Source of the DNA: Candidatus Poribacteria bacterium
GTDB taxonomy: Bacteria; Poribacteria; WGA-4E; PCPOR2b
Assembly (NCBI GenBank): GCA_965215015.1
Contig: OZ244042.1
Location: forward strand, 2,112,001-2,176,000
Length of the DNA: 64,000 nucleotides
Reading direction: 5' to 3'
This document shows positions 1 to 10,820 of the stretch, piece after piece (within the stretch, counting starts at the first letter, position 1; each line of letters opens with the position of its first letter). A program made the translations under genes and the position numbers. The notes beneath the pieces were generated by a model that made no database searches, was not told the origin of the DNA, and was given only the letters and a program-made list of their open reading frames with translations.

Positions 1-121
1 TTCAACCAACCCTCCGGCTTCTAAGACGTAATGTGTGAAAGTCTGATTCGCCCCTTAATCAGTCTGTGAAAAGCAGTGTTTGGGGTTTCCTTTGAGGGTT
101 CAACTGCGTAAGTCCTAACTC

Positions 122-1378
122 TTAATGGAACGGCGGTAGGTTGCCATCAGTGTCAAACGTGAATGGTTTCAGTTCGCCGACGACCTCCAGATCGGTGCGG
201 AGTTTTGCGTCTTCGAGCAGAGCTTCGGAGATGTCCACCTCTGCTAGACCGAGGGTGCTTTCAATTCGCACCACTTTTGTCTCTTCGGGTGGAGTCAGTC
301 CAACTGTGTTCAATGCAACCTCAATAGCCTCCCGGTCCGTGTCGTAATAGAAGGGCGTTTTCGACTTCTGAGGTCCCATCCCGGTGATGCCATTCATGTA
401 CGTAGCGTGCCGATCCATCTTTTCCACAAGGCGCGTCGTAGTGAAGTCTGCCAACCCAACACCTGTCGCGTTGCCGTCGCTATCGTCTGTCAAATCTCGG
501 ACAAAAATTCGCACAATCGCAGGCTTCTCCGGCTCCGGTTCAAGGATCTGCATCATGCGCCCGATGATGTTGGTATCCATCCCGGTCCCGCTGATGTTCT
601 TACCCATCCAATCCACGATTAAAAGATCGAAGGCATCAAACGGAAGGCGTCCCATCAACGACTTGGATTCGACGAGGAGTTCTCGTTCGCGACGCATTAT
701 CTCATCAGCGCGCATCGCGGCAACCCTCGCTGTCTGTTCGTGTGCGTTTTCGACCAACCCAACGCCAAAAGCGACCTTCCCGGCATCTAAGAGCAAACCG
801 GTTACGGTCCGAATAACATGCTCAAACCCGTAATGGAAGAAGGCGCGGTGGTACATATTCGCACCGTGCTGCTTACCAAATCCAATCGTCAACATCTTCA
901 GCAGACCGCTCTCGATCGTGCCGCTGAAATCGGTGTGCGCTTTAATCCGATTGATTGGGACAATATGATCTGCGTCGGCGGCGTGGGTGTCAAGGAAAAC
1001 CGGCAACCCATCGGCGGTCTGACCGATTTCAACAACCTCCATCGTCGCCTTGATCGGTGCCCCGACCGTCTCTTCGGTGACGCCGTAATGCTCCAGTACG
1101 GCTCGCTGTCCTTCCGCGGTTGCACCGCCGTGGCTCCCCATCGCTGGCACAACAAACGGTTTGGCACCGATGCCCTTGAGGTAATCCACCGTTGCCTTAA
1201 TGACGACAGCAATGTTTGCAACGCCGCGGCTGCCACCGCCAATAGCGACGCTATCCCCTACCCCGATAATTGATGCCGTGCCAATCTGATCCAATTCCGC
1301 TCTAACTGCTGCGGGTAAATCTGCGAGGACAGGGGCATCAAAATGTTGTTTTATACGAATCATTCTTGGTAGTGCCAT
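122..1378 (-). CDS. Lactate racemase (LarA N-terminal/DUF2088)-domain protein
   Basis: 418 aa ORF; motifs GGGSRGVANI, PAMGSHGGATAEGQ, NRIKAHTDF, GKNISGTGMD typical of this family. Confidence 0.75.
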   Translation of the reverse strand: MALPRMIRIKQHFDAPVLADLPAAVRAELDQIGTASIIGVGDSVAIGGGSRGVANIAVVIKATVDYLKGIGAKPFVVPAMGSHGGATAEGQRAVLEHYGVTEETVGAPIKATMEVVEIGQTADGLPVFLDTHAADADHIVPINRIKAHTDFSGTIESGLLKMLTIGFGKQHGANMYHRAFFHYGFEHVIRTVTGLLLDAGKVAFGVGLVENAHEQTARVAAMRADEIMRRERELLVESKSLMGRLPFDAFDLLIVDWMGKNISGTGMDTNIIGRMMQILEPEPEKPAIVRIFVRDLTDDSDGNATGVGLADFTTTRLVEKMDRHATYMNGITGMGPQKSKTPFYYDTDREAIEVALNTVGLTPPEETKVVRIESTLGLAEVDISEALLEDAKLRTDLEVVGELKPFTFDTDGNLPPFH

Positions 1379-1720
1379 TGGTTTAGGCCTCCATATCTGT
1401 AAAATGTTGCTACCATGTTACCAGAAGTTAGGGTGAATAACAAGAGAAATCTGATGCCCTTTTGATTTCGTTTCTATGCCATGTTGTTCCATGTTCCGTC
1501 CAATCCCCCATAAATACTGAAGTTTCCATGCCCAGAAACCCTACTCTACGGAAAAACGCCCACTTATTCCCCCAACAACGCTACCCCACCGATTTTCCGT
1601 CGTTTATTTAAGTAGGTATTACGCCCTTGAGTGTATAGTAGCGCGTTCATTGCGGTTCTTTAATGTAGTAGACATACGGCGTATACCGTCCCCCGCCTAC
1701 GTTCTTTCCCCCCCACCAAC

Positions 1721-1986
1721 AAATTCCCCCCGCTTGCGGGGGGTTAGGGGGGGTAGAGCACGGTCTGCCGGCACCTTTAGAATCCACTAGAGTTGCCAGA
1801 TTCATCGTAAGATAAGGTGCAAATCAACGCGCACTAAAATATCCGTCCACTTGAAATTCCCCCCCGCTTGCGGGGGGTTAGGGGGGTAGAGCACGGTCTG
1901 CCGGCACCTTTAGAATCCACTAGAGTTGCCCGATTCATCGTAAGGTAAGGTGCAAATCAACGCGCACTAAAATATCCGTCCACTTG
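1721..1986. repeat. Tandem direct duplication, 2 x 133 bp, containing a CCCCCCGCTTGCGGGGGG hairpin and the last 20 bp of aroF
   Basis: 1721-1853 and 1854-1986 are near-identical (aaattcccccc...atccgtccacttg). Confidence 0.95.
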
Positions 1987-2986
1987 CCTCAATGAACGGT
2001 TGAAGTTCCTTAACCAATCGCCGGAATTTATCTGGGCGAAGCGATTGCGCTCCATCAGACAACGCGTTTTCAGGATCCGGATGGACCTCAATCATCAACC
2101 CATCCGCGCCTGCAGCGACCGCAGCTTTTGCCATTGGATTGACATATTCCCAATGCCCCGTCCCGTGGCTCGGATCGGCGATAATGGGCAGGTGACTCAT
2201 TTTCTTGATTACCGGAATTGCGTTCAGGTCAAAAGTGTTCCGGGTCACCGTTTCAAACGTACGGATGCCTCGCTCGCACAGGATGACGTTGTAATTCCCC
2301 TCGGAAAGAATGTATTCTGCTGAAAGTAGAAGTTCGTTGACTTCCGACATCATGCCCCGTTTGAGCATCACGGGCTTTCTCGTTTCACTGAGGCGTGAGA
2401 GGAGGCCGTAGTTCTGCATATTCCGTGCCCCGATTTGGATGATGTCGGTGTACTGCTCAACAAGCCGGAGGTCATGGCTATCCATCAATTCTGTGATAAT
2501 CAAGAGCCCGGTTTTGTCTCGCGCTTCGGCGAGGTGCTGCAGACCTTCCTCCCCAAGTCCTTGAAAACTATACGGCGATGTGCGCGGTTTGAACGCTCCG
2601 CCTCGCAAGATCTGTGCGCCCGCCTCCTTGACGATTTCTGCCGATTCCAAAATCTGCTCCCGACTTTCAACAGAGCAGGGACCTGCCATCAAGATTAACG
2701 TATCACCGCCGATTTCAACCTCTCCGACCTGTATCTTCGTTCTTTCGCCAGGCCGAATCTCGCTGCTTGAGAGCTTGTACGGTTCTAGGATTGGTACAAC
2801 TTTATCAACACCGCGCATTGACTCTAACTGCTGCAACTCGTGCTTACCGCGTTCATCTCCAATCGCTGCGATGACAGTACGCTCTGTACCCTGAATCGGG
2901 TGGGGTGTGTAGTTGAGTGCTTTGATTTGAGCGATGACCGCGTCAATATATTGCTGTTCCGCTCCTGCTTTCATAACGATGACCAT
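1967..2986 (-). CDS. aroF: 3-deoxy-7-phosphoheptulonate (DAHP) synthase, class I-beta with N-terminal regulatory domain
   Basis: [40 protein letters not shown] motifs; AAGGAG RBS before ATG at 2986. Confidence 0.93.
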   Translation of the reverse strand: MVIVMKAGAEQQYIDAVIAQIKALNYTPHPIQGTERTVIAAIGDERGKHELQQLESMRGVDKVVPILEPYKLSSSEIRPGERTKIQVGEVEIGGDTLILMAGPCSVESREQILESAEIVKEAGAQILRGGAFKPRTSPYSFQGLGEEGLQHLAEARDKTGLLIITELMDSHDLRLVEQYTDIIQIGARNMQNYGLLSRLSETRKPVMLKRGMMSEVNELLLSAEYILSEGNYNVILCERGIRTFETVTRNTFDLNAIPVIKKMSHLPIIADPSHGTGHWEYVNPMAKAAVAAGADGLMIEVHPDPENALSDGAQSLRPDKFRRLVKELQPFIEASGRIF

Positions 2987-3027
2987 GATATATCTCCTTG
3001 CAATCCGTTTCACCTTCTAAGAGGCGG

Positions 3028-4608
3028 CTATTTTTTACATAGGTTCAGCCGCTCAACTCCTTCAGATTCTATACGCAGCTCCCTCCAATCTGACTCTGCT
3101 TCTATATCTGTCTTAGGGCGCCAAGAAAAGGATAACGTCGAATCGCCGCCATTATAAAATAACACATCCCCTTGACCGTCTACAGGCGGCCGAATAAGTG
3201 ATAAGAGATTCTGTGGTAGGTGATTTTTGCCCTCCTGCGCCTGCACTTCCAGTGTTGGCACAACCGCGCTCTGCAGCTCACGCGTACCGAGCAGAAGTGG
3301 ACCGTAGCACGAGGTGACCGCTCCATGCCCCCAATTCCGCCCGTGCCCCGCTGCGACTGAGCAGATAGCACCGCCCATATCCGCGTGTTCCCTGCCACCC
3401 CGAAGCACTCTCCGGGCTATCCTCAGACGTGTCAATGCGCTTCGGAATGCCCGCATAGCAAACTCCGGGCTACCGGTGATCTGGTAGGCGAGCGTCATGG
3501 CTGCTGTCGACGGCTCCCGGATTGGCTGCACGGAACCGTCGTCTGACCATTCACCCCAATATGCCATATCTGCTCGGCGACCAACGCCCAGCTCCCGGCG
3601 ACGGACCTCCTGCGGAAAGATGAGCGCGAGGTGCTCCGGGGCGGGCGGCACCCCATCTAGCTGATCGCGAATACACGAATCAAAAGCAGTATCCCCGAAT
3701 GTCCAACGATAGTAACTGATCGCGGCAGCACCGGGGTCGTGGTACGGGTCAAGTACGGATTCAATCAGGGGTTCAACAATTCGCTTTGCCGCATCTCTGA
3801 AAATCGTATCCCCCGACAGATGGTAGAGATCTCCCAACGCATAAATCGCTCCGGAAGCGAGCAGGTTCTCAATTCCCGCCAATGGATCGCCTGAAAGGTG
3901 ATGCGTGCCGTGAGCAGCTATCCGGTGTAGCTTTCTGGCTTCAACCTCTGATTCGCCTAAGCCATTTCCATCCAAATCCCAGAGCAGCGGCATTGGCGAT
4001 TTGGCAGCGATAATCCGTTCTGCCCGTTTCCGACCATATCGCAACGACCAATCGAGGTAACGTTCCTCTCCCGTAATCCGATATGTTGCCAGGGAGATGT
4101 GGATGAATCGGAAGTGTTCGGCAACCTCGTATGCTGTCTCTCTGTCATTGTGAACCGTTCGGCTCCCGATGTAGTAGCCGCAAAACGTATCGCGAGCATA
4201 ATCGTACCAAGCGGGAATCTCCTCGACCCAATTCCCGATGTGCTCAGCGGCATCCACCAGCATTGAGCGTGCTTCCTGATCGTCCGGTACAAGATCTATG
4301 TATCGCGGCAAGAATAGCAGAAATGGCTCCGTGCCGTGATGTGCCTCTGCCTCCGGTTCATAACCGTGCAGACATTCGCGTTCAACCCAACCCGCCAATG
4401 CGGATTTCAGGTCCCCGAAATGTTTCAAAACGGTTTTATCACCGGTCACAAGGTAGTGCGGAAACCACGCTAGGGTATAATTGGCTTCATCTTCGCCGCC
4501 GCCGTTTGGTCCGGGGGGATCGAGAGCCATACTCTGCTTCAGCCACTGATCCATCTCTTTGCGGAGATCTATGTAGTATTTGTAGCATTCTTGAAGGGTA
4601 TTGTCCAT
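3028..4608 (-). CDS. Hypothetical protein, possibly (alpha/alpha)6 glycosidase/lyase-like
   Basis: 526 aa ORF packed between desaturase-like gene and aroF; repeated Y..TGD/E..Y/F helix caps. Confidence 0.6.
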   Translation of the reverse strand: MDNTLQECYKYYIDLRKEMDQWLKQSMALDPPGPNGGGEDEANYTLAWFPHYLVTGDKTVLKHFGDLKSALAGWVERECLHGYEPEAEAHHGTEPFLLFLPRYIDLVPDDQEARSMLVDAAEHIGNWVEEIPAWYDYARDTFCGYYIGSRTVHNDRETAYEVAEHFRFIHISLATYRITGEERYLDWSLRYGRKRAERIIAAKSPMPLLWDLDGNGLGESEVEARKLHRIAAHGTHHLSGDPLAGIENLLASGAIYALGDLYHLSGDTIFRDAAKRIVEPLIESVLDPYHDPGAAAISYYRWTFGDTAFDSCIRDQLDGVPPAPEHLALIFPQEVRRRELGVGRRADMAYWGEWSDDGSVQPIREPSTAAMTLAYQITGSPEFAMRAFRSALTRLRIARRVLRGGREHADMGGAICSVAAGHGRNWGHGAVTSCYGPLLLGTRELQSAVVPTLEVQAQEGKNHLPQNLLSLIRPPVDGQGDVLFYNGGDSTLSFSWRPKTDIEAESDWRELRIESEGVERLNLCKK

Positions 4609-4630
4609 TAAGTCCTCTCACAGATTAAGG

Positions 4631-5644
4631 TCAAGCATCTGACGGGGCCGGCAATTCAGGGATGTACTGATATTCCGGATCCGTCTTCTGTTTCTTTAGT
4701 ATTGTAATAATCTGCTTCCAAGTTTTATAAAGACCGACTGGGCAGTGTGGGAGCTCGTGCTTGATTAGCTGATGCAGTTTTCCTAGGTTGTAGCATGGAA
4801 CTGCAGCATACATGTGATGTTCCGTGTGAAAATTCATGTGCCAGTATAGGAACTGGATCAACGGATTCAGGATAATCGTCCGGCAGCAAAGCCGGAAATC
4901 CGGCACATTGTCCTGAAGCCCTACATGTTGAGTGGTGTTGCAGAGGTAAAGCAACCAGCCACCGTACCCCGGAGCCAACGTAATAAGAACCGGCACCAGC
5001 CAGAAACCGAAGTAGAGCGAGACACCAACAATCAGGGCGTGACCCACGAGCTGAATACGAGCCCAGTTGAACAACTCTCGTCGCTTCTCCATATCCGATT
5101 CAGGGAACATGACCGTTGCCTCATGATCCTCCAGCTTGCCGAAACTGAGCCGAATGATTAGCTTCCACCGCGCATAGAATCCCCACGGGTTCACAACCGC
5201 ACTTTTGAGGAAGCCGGTGAATGTCAATTTTACCGGGAACACCACTTCATAATCGTCCGGAGGGTGCAGGGTGTATTTGTGATGATCAGAGTGGCTCGCC
5301 CAGAACCGAACGTGGTTATACAGACCAAGAAAGCTAAAGATTCTCAGGAAGAAGGTATTCAAGAATTTCGTCTTGAAAACCGTGTTGTGACAAAGCTCAT
5401 GGAATCCGTTCAAGAGGAATGCGTAGACGGTCCCATGGAGAAATAGAATCAGCAATAATACCGGCAAAGGAAAGCGCGCTGCGGCATAGAAAGCACAGAT
5501 TCCTGTCAGCGTGAGCAATCCGAGATGACCAAGAGTTTGGAGCATTCCTTTCCAGTCGCTGCGTTGGTTAAGGGATCTGAGCACTTCACGATCAATCTGC
5601 GGTTTGTACCAAGTAATTTTTCGTTGATTTAGGGCATTTTGCAT
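4631..5644 (-). CDS. Fatty-acid-desaturase-family membrane di-iron oxygenase (MocD-like)
   Basis: His boxes HELCH, HSDHH, HTEHH; TM segments; N-terminal WY...R.L..L.QRSD resembles MocD-type proteins. Confidence 0.85.
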   Translation of the reverse strand: MQNALNQRKITWYKPQIDREVLRSLNQRSDWKGMLQTLGHLGLLTLTGICAFYAAARFPLPVLLLILFLHGTVYAFLLNGFHELCHNTVFKTKFLNTFFLRIFSFLGLYNHVRFWASHSDHHKYTLHPPDDYEVVFPVKLTFTGFLKSAVVNPWGFYARWKLIIRLSFGKLEDHEATVMFPESDMEKRRELFNWARIQLVGHALIVGVSLYFGFWLVPVLITLAPGYGGWLLYLCNTTQHVGLQDNVPDFRLCCRTIILNPLIQFLYWHMNFHTEHHMYAAVPCYNLGKLHQLIKHELPHCPVGLYKTWKQIITILKKQKTDPEYQYIPELPAPSDA

Positions 5645-5720
5645 AGGACATATTTCCTTTCAATTTAGTGGTAAACTGGGAGGTACAAATTTGCCCCTAT
5701 CATAGCTTACAGTGTGCACT

Positions 5721-6620
5721 TTACCCGCCTGCCTCCACTTGCTTTATCAGCTGTCTGAGATTAGCAAAGTGAATTCGCATCGCGACTGCGCCAGAGCCAT
5801 TCGGTGGGAGGTCATGTGTGGCAACTGCGAAAACGACATCGCAGCGGTGGCCGCGGAGGTTGCACAGCACCGTCAGGTAATCGACATCACCTGCGCCTAA
5901 AGGACAGTACTCAAAATCAAGTTTGAAGCCATCAATGACGCGCAAATCCTTCACATGGAGCGAATGAAGATACGGGCACACATTAATAAAGCCTACCGTT
6001 GCTGAATCCGATTCCCCGGCGATCAGATTATCGGACGGATGCCACATAATTTTCATCCGATCGGACCCGACCCGTTCAACCAGAGCACGACAGTGGCTGG
6101 TGGTTTTAGTATAGTGCCACAGATTGCCGAGGACAACATCAATATTATATTTTTCAGCTTGATCTGCCACGATCGAGAACACTTTGACCAATTTTTCCAT
6201 ATCAACGTCAGCGATGATACTCCCCGCGTCAGCCAACGCATTGGCCAGGGCGGCTTGCCGGCTGAATATTCGCAGGGCCAAGCAAAAGCGTAAGCCAACA
6301 CAGAATCCGCACCGAGACGGTTAGCAGCTCGCATGCTCTGAATGAGGAGGTTGAAGTCTTTGCGAAACTCAGGATCGTCCTGCGGTATTTCTCATTCCAG
6401 ATCCGCCAAGTGGATTTTACTGAACGCACCACCGGTGCCAATCATAAACAGCTTGACTCCATGCCGGGCAGCACACTCACCAAGCCTATCGACGCCGGCA
6501 TCGGTTACTTCGCCGCTGATTGCCCAATCAAGGTCAGTGAACCAACCATACTCTGCACAGAAGCTCCGCCGCGAGGGCAAGTTCTTGGTCAGAGGGTAAC
6601 CCCGTCAGTTGAAGGAACAT
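5721..6620 (-). pseudogene. Multiply frameshifted sugar-phosphate isomerase/epimerase (TIM barrel, IolE/xylose isomerase-like)
   Basis: Coding pieces in ORFs 6392-6580, 6053-6334 and 5721-6281 join into one protein with LHVKD and PLGAGDVDY motifs; ATG at 6620. Confidence 0.7.
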
Positions 6621-6724
6621 CTCAATTTTGAATCGGTAGTCGCTCATCGGTTATTGTCTTCTGTTTACGTTGTCTTAGGCACTATATTGATATACTAATT
6701 ATACCATAAAATTTTCAAAAATTC

Positions 6725-6895
6725 CTAGGTTCTGTTGACATTTGGCAAATTAAACCAATTTTGATGTATCCCCGATGAGATCGAGATTCAAAGCAACTTG
6801 AGGCTATTTCGGACAACTGCCTCGGTTTTTGGCGGGTAGCGCAATGCTTACAGTGTTACTCAAATTCACAACAGCAAAATGTCAACGTATCCTAG
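6725..6895. mobile_element. MITE family B (TIR CTAGGTTCTGTTGACAT)
   Basis: CTAGGTTCTGTTGACAT...ATGTCAACGTATCCTAG; related copies at 13513, 39779, 55099. Confidence 0.7.
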
Positions 6896-6965
6896 CAACT
6901 TAGGTTAGTTAAGACTTACGCAGTTGACCCCTCGAAGCCAACACCGGAAAAGGGCACACAATGTT

Positions 6966-7618
6966 CCGTTCAATGATTACGCATCTCCACAATTTTTTCA
7001 GCGCGGTATTAACGCCATTAAGCGAGCGAACCGTAAACATTCACGAAAGGTTAGAGGGTCAAAGAATCGGCAACGGGCAAGGGTCAACCAAGCGAGAAAA
7101 CACCGTAAGATTGCGAGCCAGCGACAAGACTTCCACCGGAAACTTGCCCATGACCTCACAGACAGATGCTACTGGCTTTCACTGGAGATCCTCAACCAGT
7201 ATGAAACGCTTTTGGGGACGTCAGGCCTCTGACTTCGGTTTTCTGACTTTGTGCAGAAACTCAAGCACATTGCCTAAAAGAAGGATAGAGACATCCGTTT
7301 CATTGTGATAAATGGTATCCTTCATCAAAGACTTGTCATGTCTGTGGCGCAATCAATCCAGACCTAAACCTTCGTGATTAGAACCCGGCAGTGTCCAAGT
7401 TGCGATACACAGTTGGATAGAGACCGCAACGCGGCGATCAATATCCATCGGGTAGGGGCGTCTACCTTCTCAGGAGAAGTGATAAGTCCATCTTCCAATG
7501 GCTCACTTTGACGGTTGTTAGGCTGTTCGTTAGGTGAAACCGAACAGACAGGATAGAGCAATTCCGCTCTAAAGAAACAAGTAAGAACCCCAAGCCTTTA
7601 GGGGTGGGAGTACGTCAA
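6966..7618 (+). mobile_element. tnpB: 5'-truncated, frameshifted IS200/IS605 tnpB remnant with omegaRNA region and right end
   Basis: Fragments [49 protein letters not shown]; right end AAGAACCCCAAGCCTTTAGGGGTGGGAGTACGTCAA. Confidence 0.88.
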
Positions 7619-9555
7619 TATATAAACCCGTACATTCGTCTGCCAAGTATAACACCCAGTATGCTCCAGAAACTGGCAAGCGTGAATTCTCCTAAAATTA
7701 AACCAAGGAAGAAATATATCGCTTGGCGATGTCCTTTCAGGCCCCCGTATTTTAGAATAAGCCATTTGGCGAACCAACTAAGGAAAATGGAAAACCAGAA
7801 GGGGTTTATTGCATAGCCAGCCGATATAACGTATCCTGCAGGATGGAGCGTCCACCACAGGAATCTCATCCGCATTACCATGAGGAAGATGACGCTTACA
7901 AACCCGGTAATCATACTAACCAAGTCCCCTGTCCTACCTTCTGTGGGAAAGGTCAACCACTGCTCAAGCCGGCGAAAACCATCGGCAGCAAAGCGCATCA
8001 GTGAACTTCCACCGTCCTTGTATCCGATATGTAGATAAATCCAGAAGAATATAGACGCACTGAATGCCGTCGCTATGAGTATGGCGGAGAGTAATATTCT
8101 ATTATTTAACTTGGCTTCTTGTGCTAGTTTGAACGACTCAAGCTGGTGCGGCATTGGATGCGGTCTGTAGGTACGGTTAAAGTAAAAGAAAAAGGAAAGT
8201 ATTGTTAGATTGGCAGATCCAATGCGTCGGGTGCCAAGTGCATTAACCATCATAATCGGTGGATCACCATAAGCAAAGTCGTGTATGGGAGTCCCAAATT
8301 CCACGCGTATTCGGGTGATGGCTATTGAGAAGGCAAGGTATAGGAAAAAGAAAAGCAGAATAATTCCTATCGACATCCCGGCCCTGTAGCAAAATAGGGT
8401 GATGAAAGCCAGTCCACCAAGGATTCCGCAGATCGCCCATCTGTATCGGATCGGCTCATTAGAATCATCAATTTCTGTTTTACCGATGATTGTTCTGAAA
8501 ACCCGTACGAGATGTCTTCGACTCAGCCAGAGTGCAATTACTGCTATCCCCATAGCACCTCCAAAGGTCTGCTGGTTCAGTTGGGCGAGATAAAAAGAAC
8601 CACTCAGCCCAGCGACCCCACGAAAACCTATCATGCTTCCAACAACTTTCTGGGTTTTCCAGAACAGATAGAAAAACCAGCAGGAAAAGGACATATCCAA
8701 AGGCATAAAGAAGGCAAGCCCCGCAATACAAGGGACAAGCCCTACCGGCATCCAACCGATGGCATTCCACGGCTTTTCTGTTAGATAAGCACCGATATTG
8801 TGGCGATAAGGGTTGAAACCGAGGTCGGGTATTACGGGATATAGGTAATTGAGTCCGTTGATCAGGTTGATACTACCACCAACTGCAAACCCAAGCCACA
8901 TCAACTGATTAGAGAAAAAGCCCTCCCCAACTTTTGTCATTTCGAGCGGTAACTGGATGATGGGATAGCTGAGTTTTTCCTCCTCAACCCACTGTCTCCT
9001 TATGACTACATTAATGCAGAGCATCACGAAAACCAAGACAATTGTAAAACTGACCCATGACAATGCGGGTACAAACCACCCCTCAATATACCGGAGGTTG
9101 TACAGGCTAGAATCACCTTTGTAGTAGGCTTCCAATATCCGCTTGTCACTTACCGCTATCCAAGTGGGGATGTATTTGTGAAAAAGGGTTGCCCAATCGT
9201 TCTCAATAGTTGCAAATCCAAAGGCATGTTCTATGACAGGGGCGAGCGTTTGCATCATGTCGGTTCCACTTACAGCCGATGCGATACTCAACATCGCGTA
9301 GATGACAATCAAGTCGCCTTGGGAGAGGGAAATTTTTGGCAGGTACTTTCTCAGCAGCAGGTTCAGAGCGGCGAGGAGGAAAATGAACAAAATGACATTG
9401 AAAAACAGTGCCATGTTCGTAGAAACGGCTTGGTATTGGTAGGGTTGTTTGGAGAGGACAAGCCAATAACTATTTAGGGGTATCAGGATTAGCCCAATGG
9501 TGATTCCACGTAGCGTATTTCCCGATGACTTCTTCGTCACCATATCTTCTTCCAT
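7615..9555 (-). CDS. Large polytopic membrane protein, DUF6785/DUF6784-like (putative transporter)
   Basis: 646 aa, many TM helices; RQWVEEEKLSYPIIQLP, RPHPMPHQLE, LHPAGY, KYGGLK..FFLGLILGE; paralog at 18238. Confidence 0.75.
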   Translation of the reverse strand: MEEDMVTKKSSGNTLRGITIGLILIPLNSYWLVLSKQPYQYQAVSTNMALFFNVILFIFLLAALNLLLRKYLPKISLSQGDLIVIYAMLSIASAVSGTDMMQTLAPVIEHAFGFATIENDWATLFHKYIPTWIAVSDKRILEAYYKGDSSLYNLRYIEGWFVPALSWVSFTIVLVFVMLCINVVIRRQWVEEEKLSYPIIQLPLEMTKVGEGFFSNQLMWLGFAVGGSINLINGLNYLYPVIPDLGFNPYRHNIGAYLTEKPWNAIGWMPVGLVPCIAGLAFFMPLDMSFSCWFFYLFWKTQKVVGSMIGFRGVAGLSGSFYLAQLNQQTFGGAMGIAVIALWLSRRHLVRVFRTIIGKTEIDDSNEPIRYRWAICGILGGLAFITLFCYRAGMSIGIILLFFFLYLAFSIAITRIRVEFGTPIHDFAYGDPPIMMVNALGTRRIGSANLTILSFFFYFNRTYRPHPMPHQLESFKLAQEAKLNNRILLSAILIATAFSASIFFWIYLHIGYKDGGSSLMRFAADGFRRLEQWLTFPTEGRTGDLVSMITGFVSVIFLMVMRMRFLWWTLHPAGYVISAGYAINPFWFSIFLSWFAKWLILKYGGLKGHRQAIYFFLGLILGEFTLASFWSILGVILGRRMYGFIY

Positions 9556-9691
9556 AGAAGCTAGGCAGACAAAAATTTAAGTCCCCGATTCTCGGATGAG
9601 CACAACAAAAATTTGCTCAACACCGCAGATTTCCGTCCCCAAATTCAATCGCGTAAATGAAACAGTAGTGAACTGCTCGTTTTCTACACCT

Positions 9692-10768
9692 TCACCCTAT
9701 CCGCAGATTCCGGTCTTCTAGGGGCAGGTCTACTCGCACATTACCGCGTCGATGGGATTCGCGCATACCAATGGCAATCTCTAAAGCCTCTCTGCCAAAC
9801 TCTCCCGGACAGATCCGCTCTTCCCCGAGCTCAATAGATTTGCAAACCCCTTCCATCGCATCTACCAGTGAACTTCGTGGATACCAAGGGTTGGGGAATT
9901 GACACTGAATGGGGCCGCCATCTTCCGGATGCGTACTCCAGAGTTCAAACTGTGCATGGGCATGGCGCGAGACGATGCGTCCTTTGTCACCGAGAAACTC
10001 CAGCGTCCACCCATAGCTTGAAGTGTCAGCTCGGCTGTTCATGTATGCACGCACACCGTTCTCGTAGACGATGTATCCAGATCCGGAAAGATCACTCTCA
10101 GTTGCCGCCGCTTCGTCGCTATCCATCACACCGAAAACCCACGTGGCGGGTGCACCGGCAAAGAGGCGAAGGAGGGCAAAGGTATGGCTGTGCAGATTTG
10201 ACAGACTGGAGGTGCTATGGCAGATCATCGATCGCAGTTCACCGATTGCTCCGTCATCGATCGCCTGTCGTGCGTTGGTGTACCAGTTGTACCAGTTGAG
10301 GTGACAGGCAATTGCCAGAATTGTGCCGTGCTTCCGACACGCTTCAATCATCTCGTCCGCTTCGGCAAGGCTAGGACACATCGGCTTGGTGGCAAAGATT
10401 GCTTTGACGCCTAGCTCTGCCAAGCCTATGGTTACCTCTGCCCGTTCCGCGGGGCGGGTTGTTACGGAAACAATATCAGGTTGCTCTTTTTCGACCATCT
10501 CCCGATAGTCGGTGTAAAGGGCTTCGACCCCCCAACGCCGCTTGAAATCATCGAGTTTTGATTGGTCGACATCCGCAGCGGCAATCAGATCGATGTTCCT
10601 GGCCTCAAGCATCCCCGGTGCATGGGCAAAAGGCCAAGGGTAGTGTGGGTTACCGATTACTTCATCGTCGATGGTGCTGCCCATCCTGCCACAACCAACA
10701 ACGGCACCGCGGTAGGCACCTTTGGGCTCACTTTCATTGATAACTCGAAATGCTTCACCTATAGCCAT
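9692..10768 (-). CDS. Gfo/Idh/MocA-family oxidoreductase
   Basis: GCGRMG Rossmann motif, YTDYREM..KEQPDIVSV, TKP; likely start MAIGE. Confidence 0.88.
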   Translation of the reverse strand: MAIGEAFRVINESEPKGAYRGAVVGCGRMGSTIDDEVIGNPHYPWPFAHAPGMLEARNIDLIAAADVDQSKLDDFKRRWGVEALYTDYREMVEKEQPDIVSVTTRPAERAEVTIGLAELGVKAIFATKPMCPSLAEADEMIEACRKHGTILAIACHLNWYNWYTNARQAIDDGAIGELRSMICHSTSSLSNLHSHTFALLRLFAGAPATWVFGVMDSDEAAATESDLSGSGYIVYENGVRAYMNSRADTSSYGWTLEFLGDKGRIVSRHAHAQFELWSTHPEDGGPIQCQFPNPWYPRSSLVDAMEGVCKSIELGEERICPGEFGREALEIAIGMRESHRRGNVRVDLPLEDRNLRIG

Positions 10769-10820
10769 GCGATTTTCCCTTTCCTGATTGGAGTTGATTA
10801 GCAATTACGTTTGATGTGTA

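Noticed and set aside
6924-7490. Functional TnpB or a nuclease-dead TldR-like regulator
   Set aside because: The N-terminal half is missing and the remainder has multiple frameshifts and stops.
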